DNA of 53,577 nucleotides from a virus (Duplodnaviria; Heunggongvirae; Uroviricota; Caudoviricetes): IMG/VR virus record IMGVR_UViG_2541047877_000006; one strand, 5' to 3'. Shown piece by piece: positions 44,613 to 53,577 of this stretch (position 1 is its first letter; each line of letters starts with the position of its first letter). The notes under the pieces were generated by a model. It saw only the letters and a program-made list of their open reading frames with translations, ran no database searches and was not told where the DNA came from. The position numbers and the translations under genes were made by a program.

Positions 44613-47600
44613 ATGAGTAGCGGCGGCGGCAAAGCCAAAACACCAACATTATTGAACGATAACCTGTATCACAAACAGTTTTATCGTGTTTTAGATATTC
44701 TCAGCGAAGGGCCGATATACGGTCCGGTAAACCAGAAAGCGCCATTGAATGACGTGATGCTTAATGACACTCCTGTTACTGACGCAAACGGGAATACATC
44801 AATTCCGGGGATTAGTATAGCCTGGCGCAACGGCACGGCTGACCAATCGCCGATTAATGGTTTTAACGCCATTGAGTCAACCGTTATTGTCAACGCAAAG
44901 GTAACTCACGACACACCAATAATCAGGACTGTTTCAGATCCAAACGTTACCCGCGTCAGGTTGAATCTTGGTGTTGATGCTCTCGTTCAGTCAGATGAAA
45001 AGGGCAATCAATATAATACATCCGTCATGTTGATGGTTGATGTTAAACCGTCATCATCTTCTACGTGGTCGCTGATTAAAGACATACACATTGGCCCTGG
45101 TAAACAAAGCGGTGAATACCTGGAAGCTCACATCATTAAAGCGCCGGATGAAAAACCGTTTGATATTCGCGTTCGTCGCATAACACCAGACAGCAACGGC
45201 GATCTATTGCGGAATGATACGCGGTGGAGTAGTTACAGCGAAATAATAGATGATAATCTGTCTTATCCTCATACCGCTGTAGCTGGCGCCGTAATTGACC
45301 ATGATCAGTATACTGATACGCCTACCCGCACCTATCACCTTCGCGGCCTGATTGTTGATGTGCCTGACAACTACAACCCTGAAACGCGCACATATTCAGG
45401 TTTATGGCTTGGTGGATTTAAAAAGGCGTATACCAATAACCCTGCATGGCTTTTCCGGTATCTGGTTAAAAACGAGCGCTTTGGACTTGCTCGACATGCT
45501 GGTTACATTGATGTTGATGATGGCGCTTTGTACGTGCTTTCTCAATACTGCGATCAGTTGGTTGATGATGGCTATGGTGGCCTTGAACCTCGCATGACGC
45601 TTAACGCTTACATTACGGAGCAAATGAGCGCCCGCGACCTACTGGATAACATCGCAGGTATGTTCCGTGGTATCGCGTTATGGGACGGACAACGTCTTAC
45701 CGTGATGATTGATGCGCCACAAGATCCAATCGCCACCATCACAAATGCAAACGTCGTTGATGGCGCGTTTACTCGTTCAAGTATCGCACGCGCAGAATGC
45801 TACAACGCCGTGATCGTATCCTGGACTGACCCTGAAAACGGCTGGGAGCAATCAAAAGAATATGTCGCAGATGATAAACTAATCGCCCGTGATGGTTATA
45901 ACGAAACCACGTTGGAGGCGTTCGGTTGCACTTCACGCGGGCAAGCGCACCGCGCTGGTAAATGGCTGATCGAAACAGCGAAACGCGAGCCGTCAAAATT
46001 CACATTTAAAATGGCCCGTGACGCCATTCACTTTACGCCGGGGGATATAATCGAGATCCTCGATAATAATCGCGCAGGCGCTCGTTTAGGCGGTCGCATC
46101 GTGGCGAACAATGGCAGAGCGATCACGGTCGACAAGGTTGATTCTGAATATATCGCGGCTGGCGACACCATCAGCTTACTTGATAGCGATGGTAAATTTA
46201 AAAAACACCAGATCATCGGAGTTAACGGGAACATTATCACCCTTGCAGCCGCCCCGGCGTGGATTCGTAACGGCACTGTTTTTGCTGTATCAACCAACGC
46301 AGCAAAACCCGTTTTATGTCGAATCACCAGTGTAGCAGAAACAGAAAATAACAGCGTATACACCATCGAGGCCGCACAGCATGATCCACATAAGCAGGCC
46401 GTAGTCGATAATGGCGCAATCTTCGAGATCAATAACGACACGCTTAATCACTTCCGCGTGCCGAACATTGAAAATCTGAAGGTGTTAAACGTTGGATCTG
46501 AAACGGTTCAATGTCGCGCAACATGGGAAACACAGACGACAACGCGTCGCCTGACCTTTGAGATTCGCGTGTATAACGCCGAAGGCGCTGTAGTTAAAAG
46601 CTACGAAACCACGAATTACAGTTATGATTTTTATGGCATTGATGCTGGCAACTACTCATTAGGCATTCGTGGCAGAAATGACACGGGCATGAAGGGTGCG
46701 GAAAGCATTGTCGATCTGGTTATTGGCGCACCAGCGGCCCCAGTTGGCGTTAATTGGGTTCCCGGTGTATTCCAGGCTACAGTTTACCCGATCAGCAGAA
46801 CAACGCTCACCACTGATACCAGTTACGAGTTTTATTACTCAGGTGAAACGCAGATCACTGATCCGGCATCAATAACCACTAAAGCACAATATACCGGGCG
46901 TGGTCATCAGTGGACGTTTGGCGGCATGAATACAGGTCACACATATTACGTTTATGTGCGCGCGCGTAACGCTTTTGGTGTGTCTGACTTTGTGGAAGCG
47001 TCAGGTAAGCCAACAGAAAACTTTGATGAAATTACCGATTACGTCACCAAAGACGTAATGAATTCCAAACAATTTAAAGAAATGGTTGGTGACATTAAAG
47101 ATCTAGGCGACCGCACTGATCTTATCGAAAGCGCTACGAATGACCTTAAAACTGCTACTGACAACCTCAAAGCTGCAACTGATAATCTGACCAACATAAC
47201 TGACGATTTAAGGACTGAAACTGACAAGCTAACCATAGAAACAGGATCAATAAAAGCTGATACTGATACGCTCAAAAAAGAAACGGAAGATCTTTATAAA
47301 AAAGTTAAGGAAAACGCCGATGATATTGGACAGCATGAGTCGAGAATCGACTCGCTGGAGGTGTCTAGCGAAAAAGTTGGCAGCGAACTGGCGCAAGCAA
47401 AAGCAAGTCTGCAAAACGCCTCACTTGCTCTTATTAATAACTCGCTTGCACAGACTAACACTCGCGTAACTCTTACCGCTCAGTACAAGAAAGGCAGGAC
47501 AGAGACGAAAGCGGAAATTGACCGCATTGACAACGTTATCGCTGAAGAGAAAAAAGCGACAGCGGAATCACTGGAAACCATCACGGCAGAAATGAATGTG

Positions 47601-49583
47601 ATGGACACAAACCTTAAAGGTCAGATCTCTAATGTGCAACGCGCAGTAGCTGACGAGGCCAGCGCCCGCGCTGAAGCTATTAACGGTGTAAATGCCTCAA
47701 TAAGCAATCTTGACAAGAAAACTGACGCCAGCGTAAACCGTCTTGATCAGGCAATTGCAGACGAAACAAGTGCGCGTACTCAGGCTATCAGCGACGTGAA
47801 CGCAAGTATCTCAACACTTGACAAGAAAACTGACGCCAGCGTTAAGCGCCTCGATAATGCAATATCAGATGAAACGCAGGCAAGAAGCGACGCAATAACA
47901 GTGGTTAAAGCTGATTTAACAACGCTTGAAAATAACACAAATGCCAGTGTTAGCCGTCTTGATCAAGCTATCGCTGATGAATCAAGCGCACGTGCTCAGG
48001 CGATATCAGGTATCAGCGCGACGCTTGGCGGCGTTAAAAGTGAGGTTGATAAAAACAGCGACGAGATAGATCAGGCGAAAGCAAGTCTGCAAAACGCATC
48101 TCTGGCGCTTATTAATAACTCAATGGCGCAAAGCAAGATGAGCACTGTTATTGAGGCGAAATACAGGAAAGGACAAACAAAAACAAAAGCGGAAATAGCA
48201 AGGGTAGACACAGCAATCGCAGATGAGGCGAGCGCACGCGCAGAAGCTATTAGCAACGTTAACGCCAGCGTCAGTAGTCTTGAAAGCAAAACCGACGCGA
48301 GCGTTTCCCGTCTTGATAAAGCAATCGCAGATGAGGCGAGCGCACGCGCAGAAGCTATTAGCGGGGTTAATGCGTCAATTTCCACGCTCGATAGCAAGGT
48401 GACAAGCAACGTAACCAGGATGGATAAAGCGATCGCAGATGAGAAGAATGCACGCACTGACGCAATCAGCAGCCTTAACTCATCGCTTACCAGTACGATT
48501 AATTCGAAAGTATCCGAAGTGTCAACTGCACTTTCTACGCATGAAACATCAAGCGCGGAAAAATTTGGCCAGATCTCGGCATCTTTCGACGATGTAAACT
48601 CAAGCATCACGGAATGGTCACAGGCTATGGCAACGGCAGACGAGGCATTGTCAACCAGAATCGACCAGTTGAAAGTAACTATTAACGGAAACACAACGGC
48701 GATAGAAACGACATCAAAAGCACTGACTGACTTCAAAGGTAACGTTGATGCGTCATATTCAATTAAGATTGCCACTGATAAAAACGGTATGAAATACGCT
48801 ACAGGAATGTCGCTCGGCCTTACTGGTAGCGGGACTAACGTTCAATCGCAGTGTATTTTCCTCGTTGACCGTTTCGTGCTTATGACTGCGGCAGGTGGCT
48901 CCTATCAGACCCCGTTCTATGTTACTAACGGTGCTTGCTACATCCGTGATGCGTGGATCAGAGACGCATCAATCACTACCGCGAAGATTGCGCAGCAAAT
49001 TCAGTCAACCAACTATAAAGCTGGTTCGGCTGGCTGGATGCTAAATAAAAACGGCAATGCGGAGTTCAACAACGTCACTGTACGCGGTACGGTGTACGCA
49101 ACATCTGGTAAATTCACTGGTGAGATTCAGGCCACAAGCGGGAAGTTTAAAGGTACAGTAGAGGCAAAGTCATTTGTCGGTGACGTTGCTAACATGGGGG
49201 TTGGTCCAGATCGAGTGCTTGGGCATAACGGAAGTTATAGCGCAACCATCACATATAAAGACAGCACGGATAATGCATTGACGAAATCAGTTATGCTTAT
49301 GGCGACTATTTCATTAATGTCTGGTGAATATAGATCCACTTATAACGTAACGTTTAGTTGCGGAGATAAAAACAAAACAATTTCATATTACGTGCCTTAT
49401 GGTGGATGCACATTAACAGTGCAATGCGCTTTTTCTGGTTTAAAAGCATCAGATATTATCGGGAAAATATATTGTCCTCAAACATCATCATCTGAAGGAT
49501 ACGCATATTGTACCGCGTTGTATTCTCCAACAATGATAGTAGCAAGAGGCACCGGATCATTTAGAACATCAACGACAGCATAA
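44613..49583 (+). CDS. J: host specificity protein J (central tail fibre), extended
   Basis: 1656 aa; J-like N-terminal two thirds; repeat-rich shaft and distinct C-terminal domain. Confidence 0.85.
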   Translation: MSSGGGKAKTPTLLNDNLYHKQFYRVLDILSEGPIYGPVNQKAPLNDVMLNDTPVTDANGNTSIPGISIAWRNGTADQSPINGFNAIESTVIVNAKVTHDTPIIRTVSDPNVTRVRLNLGVDALVQSDEKGNQYNTSVMLMVDVKPSSSSTWSLIKDIHIGPGKQSGEYLEAHIIKAPDEKPFDIRVRRITPDSNGDLLRNDTRWSSYSEIIDDNLSYPHTAVAGAVIDHDQYTDTPTRTYHLRGLIVDVPDNYNPETRTYSGLWLGGFKKAYTNNPAWLFRYLVKNERFGLARHAGYIDVDDGALYVLSQYCDQLVDDGYGGLEPRMTLNAYITEQMSARDLLDNIAGMFRGIALWDGQRLTVMIDAPQDPIATITNANVVDGAFTRSSIARAECYNAVIVSWTDPENGWEQSKEYVADDKLIARDGYNETTLEAFGCTSRGQAHRAGKWLIETAKREPSKFTFKMARDAIHFTPGDIIEILDNNRAGARLGGRIVANNGRAITVDKVDSEYIAAGDTISLLDSDGKFKKHQIIGVNGNIITLAAAPAWIRNGTVFAVSTNAAKPVLCRITSVAETENNSVYTIEAAQHDPHKQAVVDNGAIFEINNDTLNHFRVPNIENLKVLNVGSETVQCRATWETQTTTRRLTFEIRVYNAEGAVVKSYETTNYSYDFYGIDAGNYSLGIRGRNDTGMKGAESIVDLVIGAPAAPVGVNWVPGVFQATVYPISRTTLTTDTSYEFYYSGETQITDPASITTKAQYTGRGHQWTFGGMNTGHTYYVYVRARNAFGVSDFVEASGKPTENFDEITDYVTKDVMNSKQFKEMVGDIKDLGDRTDLIESATNDLKTATDNLKAATDNLTNITDDLRTETDKLTIETGSIKADTDTLKKETEDLYKKVKENADDIGQHESRIDSLEVSSEKVGSELAQAKASLQNASLALINNSLAQTNTRVTLTAQYKKGRTETKAEIDRIDNVIAEEKKATAESLETITAEMNVMDTNLKGQISNVQRAVADEASARAEAINGVNASISNLDKKTDASVNRLDQAIADETSARTQAISDVNASISTLDKKTDASVKRLDNAISDETQARSDAITVVKADLTTLENNTNASVSRLDQAIADESSARAQAISGISATLGGVKSEVDKNSDEIDQAKASLQNASLALINNSMAQSKMSTVIEAKYRKGQTKTKAEIARVDTAIADEASARAEAISNVNASVSSLESKTDASVSRLDKAIADEASARAEAISGVNASISTLDSKVTSNVTRMDKAIADEKNARTDAISSLNSSLTSTINSKVSEVSTALSTHETSSAEKFGQISASFDDVNSSITEWSQAMATADEALSTRIDQLKVTINGNTTAIETTSKALTDFKGNVDASYSIKIATDKNGMKYATGMSLGLTGSGTNVQSQCIFLVDRFVLMTAAGGSYQTPFYVTNGACYIRDAWIRDASITTAKIAQQIQSTNYKAGSAGWMLNKNGNAEFNNVTVRGTVYATSGKFTGEIQATSGKFKGTVEAKSFVGDVANMGVGPDRVLGHNGSYSATITYKDSTDNALTKSVMLMATISLMSGEYRSTYNVTFSCGDKNKTISYYVPYGGCTLTVQCAFSGLKASDIIGKIYCPQTSSSEGYAYCTALYSPTMIVARGTGSFRTSTTA
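47396..48362 (+). repeat. in-frame segmental and tandem coding repeats inside J
   Basis: Block from AAAGCAAGTCTGCAAAACGC duplicated (47399 and 48078); perfect 42-bp repeat at 48213-48254 and 48321-48362. Confidence 0.7.
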
Positions 49584-49590
49584 AAAAACG

Positions 49591-49602
49591 GGGCATAAGC
49601 CC
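49591..49602 (+). repeat. IS4 target-site duplication, left copy
   Basis: GGGCATAAGCCC, identical at 51029-51040; both lie in loop of J terminator hairpin. Confidence 0.8.
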
Positions 49603-51028
49603 TAATGCCGATCAGTTAAGGATCAGTTGACCGATCCAGTGGCTGTGTAAGAATCCGGAAACGCTCACTTGTTTCCGGATTTTTTTATGCACATTGGACA
49701 GGCTCTTGATCTGGTATCCCGTTACGATTCTCTGCGTAACCCACTGACTTCTCTGGGGGATTACCTCGACCCCGAACTCATCTCTCGTTGCCTTGCCGAA
49801 TCAGGTACTGTAACGCTACGCAAGCGCCGTCTTCCCCTCGAAATGATGGTCTGGTGTATTGTTGGCATGGCGCTTGAGCGTAAAGAACCTCTTCACCAGA
49901 TTGTGAATCGCCTGGACATCATGCTGCCGGGCAATCGCCCCTTCGTTGCCCCCAGTGCCGTTATTCAGGCCCGCCAGCGCCTGGGAAGTGAGGCTGTCCG
50001 CCGCGTGTTCACGAAAACAGCGCAGCTCTGGCATAACGCCACGCCGCATCCGCACTGGTGCGGCCTGACCCTGCTGGCCATCGATGGTGTGTTCTGGCGC
50101 ACACCGGATACACCAGAGAACGATGCAGCCTTCCCCCGCCAGACACATGCCGGGAACCCGGCGCTCTACCCGCAGGTCAAAATGGTCTGCCAGATGGAAC
50201 TGACCAGCCATCTGCTGACGGCTGCAGCCTTCGGCACGATGAAGAACAGCGAAAATGAGCTTGCTGAGCAACTTATAGAACAAACCGGCGATAACACTCT
50301 GACGTTAATGGATAAAGGTTATTACTCACTGGGACTGTTAAATGCCTGGAGCCTGGCGGGAGAACACCGCCACTGGATGATACCTCTCAGAAAGGGAGCG
50401 CAATATGAAGAGATCAGAAAACTGGGTAAAGGCGATCATCTGGTGAAGCTGAAAACCAGCCCGCAGGCACGAAAAAAGTGGCCGGGACTGGGAAATGAAG
50501 TGACAGCCCGCCTGCTGACCGTGACGCGCAAAGGAAAAGTCTGCCATCTGCTGACGTCGATGACGGACGCCATGCGCTTCCCCGGAGGAGAAATGGCGGA
50601 TCTGTACAGTCATCGCTGGGAAATCGAACTGGGATACAGGGAGATAAAACAGACGATGCAACTGAGCAGGCTGACGCTGAGAAGTAAAAAACCGGAGCTT
50701 GTGGAGCAAGAGCTGTGGGGTGTCTTACTGGCTTATAATCTGGTGAGATATCAGATGATTAAAATGGCGGAACATCTGAAAGGTTACTGGCCGAATCAAC
50801 TGAGTTTCTCAGAATCATGCGGAATGGTGATGAGAATGCTGATGACATTGCAGGGCGCTTCACCGGGACGTATACCGGAGCTGATGCGCGATCTTGCAAG
50901 TATGGGACAACTTGTGAAATTACCGACAAGAAGGGAAAGGGCCTTCCCGAGAGTGGTAAAGGAGAGGCCCTGGAAATACCCCACAGCCCCGAAAAAGAGC
51001 CAGTCAGTTGCTTAACTGACTGGCATTA
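49603..51028 (+). mobile_element. IS4 insertion sequence (1426 bp)
   Basis: 18-bp terminal inverted repeats TAATGCCGATCAGTTAAG / TAATGCCAGTCAGTTAAG (16/18); 12-bp target duplication; one transposase ORF. Confidence 0.85.
49687..51015 (+). CDS. insG: IS4 transposase (DDE, IS4 family)
   Basis: 442 aa from ATG 49687; IS4-family [16 protein letters not shown] signature; size matches IS4. Confidence 0.85.
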   Translation: MHIGQALDLVSRYDSLRNPLTSLGDYLDPELISRCLAESGTVTLRKRRLPLEMMVWCIVGMALERKEPLHQIVNRLDIMLPGNRPFVAPSAVIQARQRLGSEAVRRVFTKTAQLWHNATPHPHWCGLTLLAIDGVFWRTPDTPENDAAFPRQTHAGNPALYPQVKMVCQMELTSHLLTAAAFGTMKNSENELAEQLIEQTGDNTLTLMDKGYYSLGLLNAWSLAGEHRHWMIPLRKGAQYEEIRKLGKGDHLVKLKTSPQARKKWPGLGNEVTARLLTVTRKGKVCHLLTSMTDAMRFPGGEMADLYSHRWEIELGYREIKQTMQLSRLTLRSKKPELVEQELWGVLLAYNLVRYQMIKMAEHLKGYWPNQLSFSESCGMVMRMLMTLQGASPGRIPELMRDLASMGQLVKLPTRRERAFPRVVKERPWKYPTAPKKSQSVA

Positions 51029-51040
51029 GGGCATAAGCCC
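51029..51040 (+). repeat. IS4 target-site duplication, right copy
   Basis: GGGCATAAGCCC followed by CGTTTTTTT, the distal half of the original terminator. Confidence 0.8.
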
Positions 51041-51060
51041 CGTTTTTTTATGCATTGTTT

Positions 51061-51306
51061 TTATTTTTTACACCCATCATTTACACCAGAAAAATGGATA
51101 GGTAAATTACATTCACTGTCAATAATTTTACCTTGTAGTTGTTTTTCTTTCCATGAGTCAGTATTGAAATAACTCGAACGTTGGTTATCAAGGCCAGTAT
51201 CACCATATTGAGCAGTGCCAGCATCACTCTTATCTGTCGAATTTACAGAAGCAAAAGCACCAAAAGACAGAGCTGATAAGATGCAAGCAACAATTAGTTT
51301 TTTCAT
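51061..51306 (-). CDS. small secreted protein (81 aa)
   Basis: Signal peptide MKKLIVACILSALSFGAFA; two Cys; between IS4 and tail-fibre gene. Confidence 0.45.
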   Translation of the reverse strand: MKKLIVACILSALSFGAFASVNSTDKSDAGTAQYGDTGLDNQRSSYFNTDSWKEKQLQGKIIDSECNLPIHFSGVNDGCKK

Positions 51307-51454
51307 TGTATTCACCTTACTGTTTGTTTTACTGTCATTTGTTGTTCGTGATGATCCACCCATCCGATGAGCAAATCACCGCAGAAGCTATCATTTCGTA
51401 TGTTGATATAGATCAAAAAATACATTATGTATAAGCCCAAAGTGTAACACAGAT

Positions 51455-51470
51455 TACAAAATGGTAGAAT
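51455..51470 (+). promoter_or_regulatory. TACAAAATGG element fused to extended -10 (TGgTAGAAT)
   Basis: GATTACAAAATGGTAGAAT about 35 nt upstream of tail-fibre start. Confidence 0.3.
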
Positions 51471-51503
51471 TGTTTAGTTAATTAACAAAACGGAGTTATT
51501 GCG

Positions 51504-53300
51504 ATGATTTACACAACAGGCACTATAGCTGTTAGCGGAAACACAGTTACCGGGGCAGGGACTGAATTCAACGCCGCATTATCTCTGATCAGAGTGGGTT
51601 GCACTCTTATTGCCATTAGCGATCCGGTGCAGATTTTTTCAATCACAAAGGTAAAAAGCGCAACAAGTTTGTCGGTAACTCCTGCGGCAAGTCCGGCTAT
51701 TCCGGCTGGAACTAAATTTAGCATCCTGCTTTCAGATTCGATCTCTGTGGATGGTCTTGCTCAGGATGTCGCCGAAACACTGCGTTACTATCAGGGCAAA
51801 GAATCAGAAATAGCGGACGCAGTTGAATTTTTTAGCGACAACAAAGATGTGATTTCAGCCTCAAAATTAGCATCACAATCAGCTACCACTGCAACCAACG
51901 CTGCAACAACAGCGACAAGCGCAGCCGATTCAGCTAAGACATACAGAGACGAAGCCCACGAATACGCCAATCAGACGGCGCAGCCTTACGCGTATGTTTT
52001 ACAGCCGCTGCCGGATGTGTGGATGCCCTTTAATGATTCGCTGGATATGATTACGGGCTATTCTCCGGGTTATAAAAAAGTGAAGATTGGCGATAATGTG
52101 GTTCAGGTTGCCAGTGATAAACAGGTTAATTTCAGTCGCGCATCAACGGCAACATATATCAACAAATCTGGCGAACTGAAAACGGCGGAAATTAATGAGC
52201 CGCGATTTGAGTGTGATGGCCTGCTTATTGAGGGACAAAGAACGAACTTCTTCCAGAACAGTACAGACCCTTCGAAGTGGAATAAGTCAACTTCACTGGA
52301 CGTTACAGAAACAGGCGCAGATAGTTTCGGGTTTAATTATGGCCGGTTTGTCGTACAGGATTCGATTGTTGGTACAAGTAAAGCGCATACCATTATCGGA
52401 CTGTATTCGAGTGCCGGAGGGGTTGATACTTCAGGGGACGAAAAGCATGTAACTATATCCTGTCGGGTAAAAAGTGAAGTTGATAATATCGCCGTTCGTA
52501 TTTTATTTGAACATTATGATGGGGAGGTAAGGACATCAATAGGAGCAGCAAACCTGAACCTTACCACCCGCATAATTAGCAAGACAGGTCAGACAAGCCG
52601 TGTTACAGCAAGGTCTGTTAAGGATGATGCAACTGGCTGGATATTTTTTGAGGCTACATTAAAAGCAGATACAACAGAAAATACGGTTGGTGGTTTTGTC
52701 CAGTATTCTCCGGATACAGGGCAGATGGTTACATCAGGGGATTATCTCGATGTAACCACTCCACAGATTGAGGCTGGTACAGGCGCATCATCTTTTATTG
52801 TTACGGGGACGGCACCGGCAACGCGGGCAAGCGATATGGTGACAGTCCCAATCAAGAATAACCTTTATAATCTTCCTTTTACGGTTCTTTGTGAGGTACA
52901 TAAGAACTGGTATAAAACGCCAAATGCAGCACCGCGTGTTTTTAATATCAGCGGTCATCAAACCGGAGCGGGGATCGAAATGGGGTTTGGTTCATCAGGT
53001 GGGTACGACGGTTTTCCGTATTGCAATATAAGTGGTTCAGACCGACGAATAAATGAAAATGCCGGGCTGGAAAAAATGGTTATGGGGATGCGTGTAAAAG
53101 CAGATCAATTGACATGTGCAATAAGTAACGGACGTATATCCAGCGAAATAAAAACAACCTGGACTTATATTCAAAGCTCCGCAACTATTCGTATCGGTGG
53201 TCAGACAACGACAGGACAACGTCATTTATTTGGTCATATCAGAAATTTTCGAGTATGGCATAAGGCATTAACTGATGCGCAATTAAGCGAAATTGTTTAA
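51504..53300 (+). CDS. side tail fibre protein
   Basis: 598 aa; conserved fibre N-terminus (MIYTTGTIAVSGNTVTGAGTEF) and Ala/Thr/Ser-rich shaft; distinct C-terminal domain. Confidence 0.7.
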   Translation: MIYTTGTIAVSGNTVTGAGTEFNAALSLIRVGCTLIAISDPVQIFSITKVKSATSLSVTPAASPAIPAGTKFSILLSDSISVDGLAQDVAETLRYYQGKESEIADAVEFFSDNKDVISASKLASQSATTATNAATTATSAADSAKTYRDEAHEYANQTAQPYAYVLQPLPDVWMPFNDSLDMITGYSPGYKKVKIGDNVVQVASDKQVNFSRASTATYINKSGELKTAEINEPRFECDGLLIEGQRTNFFQNSTDPSKWNKSTSLDVTETGADSFGFNYGRFVVQDSIVGTSKAHTIIGLYSSAGGVDTSGDEKHVTISCRVKSEVDNIAVRILFEHYDGEVRTSIGAANLNLTTRIISKTGQTSRVTARSVKDDATGWIFFEATLKADTTENTVGGFVQYSPDTGQMVTSGDYLDVTTPQIEAGTGASSFIVTGTAPATRASDMVTVPIKNNLYNLPFTVLCEVHKNWYKTPNAAPRVFNISGHQTGAGIEMGFGSSGGYDGFPYCNISGSDRRINENAGLEKMVMGMRVKADQLTCAISNGRISSEIKTTWTYIQSSATIRIGGQTTTGQRHLFGHIRNFRVWHKALTDAQLSEIV

Positions 53301-53310
53301 GGTGGTTAAC

Positions 53311-53577
53311 ATGAAAGACGTTAGCTTGCAATTTACTGACAAACAGCAATACAACGACATTGTGATTAATAGCGGCTTGCTGGATGCCAATTGGTCAACC
53401 GTGTTTATTGATGATATCGGTTTTGTCCTTGTATTCGACGATCCAGAAAGCGAGACACCTGTACTTATTGGGAAAAAAGGTTATTACGTCAACGTGCGTA
53501 TAACTGGTGACGATGTTGATATTTCTCAGCTTGAGCCTTTCATTGTTCCAGATCCAGGCGTCCGCGCATGGGCTTAA
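53311..53577 (+). CDS. hypothetical protein downstream of tail fibre (88 aa)
   Basis: AAGGTGG SD; position where fibre assembly chaperones usually sit; stop at window end. Confidence 0.35.
   Translation: MKDVSLQFTDKQQYNDIVINSGLLDANWSTVFIDDIGFVLVFDDPESETPVLIGKKGYYVNVRITGDDVDISQLEPFIVPDPGVRAWA

Noticed and set aside
46028-48775. Minus-strand ORFs (137 and 234 aa) inside the J gene and the repeat region as a possible CRISPR array
   Set aside because: ORFs are antisense products of the Ala/Ser-rich repeat region. The DNA repeats are in-frame coding repeats of about 100-nt period with non-unique spacers, not short palindromic repeats with variable spacers, and there are no cas genes.
49816-50709. 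Minus-strand ORFs (155 and 123 aa) inside the IS4 transposase gene
   Set aside because: Antisense to the complete transposase ORF, which fills the element; IS4 is known to carry a single gene.
8114-51464. Mini-ORFs created by the ATG inside the recurrent element (for example MEF-stop, MD-stop, MESLK-stop)
   Set aside because: They terminate after 2-6 codons and lack SD sequences; the ATG is more likely a conserved part of a DNA-binding or promoter element than a start codon.

Overview
This 53.6-kb window is most of a lambdoid (N/Q-type) temperate prophage in an enterobacterial chromosome; a complete 1426-bp IS4 copy points to Escherichia/Shigella. All calls rest on reading the sequence and the ORF track by eye, with no database searches run; coordinates are anchored to the ORF track, and regulatory-site coordinates may be off by 1-2 nt. 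The minus-strand left arm (1-7891) carries an AlpA-like excisionase gene at the edge, NinB, a DnaB-like helicase, a replisome organizer, a Cro-position regulator, and two accessory genes inside the replication module (an HTH-metallophosphoesterase and a triple zinc-ribbon/T5orf172 protein). The plus-strand arm starts with a CI-like repressor, its terminator, a pL-like promoter, a nutL-like boxA/boxB and an N-like arginine-rich protein. It continues through Erf, SSB, about 40 small ORFs, a DNA-modification cluster, NinG, RusA and a Q-like zinc-finger protein to a phage-21-type lysis cassette, terminase, portal, head genes and a lambda-like tail (tape measure, M, L, K, I, J, side fibre). The most unusual feature is a tandem array of eight 22-34-codon genes for single-helix hydrophobic peptides between the lysis cassette and the small terminase. 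Other notable features are three minus-strand accessory cassettes inside the tail operon (one with anti-CRISPR-like acr-aca architecture), a recurring TACAAAATGG element next to promoters at module junctions, and IS4 inserted into the loop of the J terminator. No tRNA, rRNA or CRISPR array was seen.
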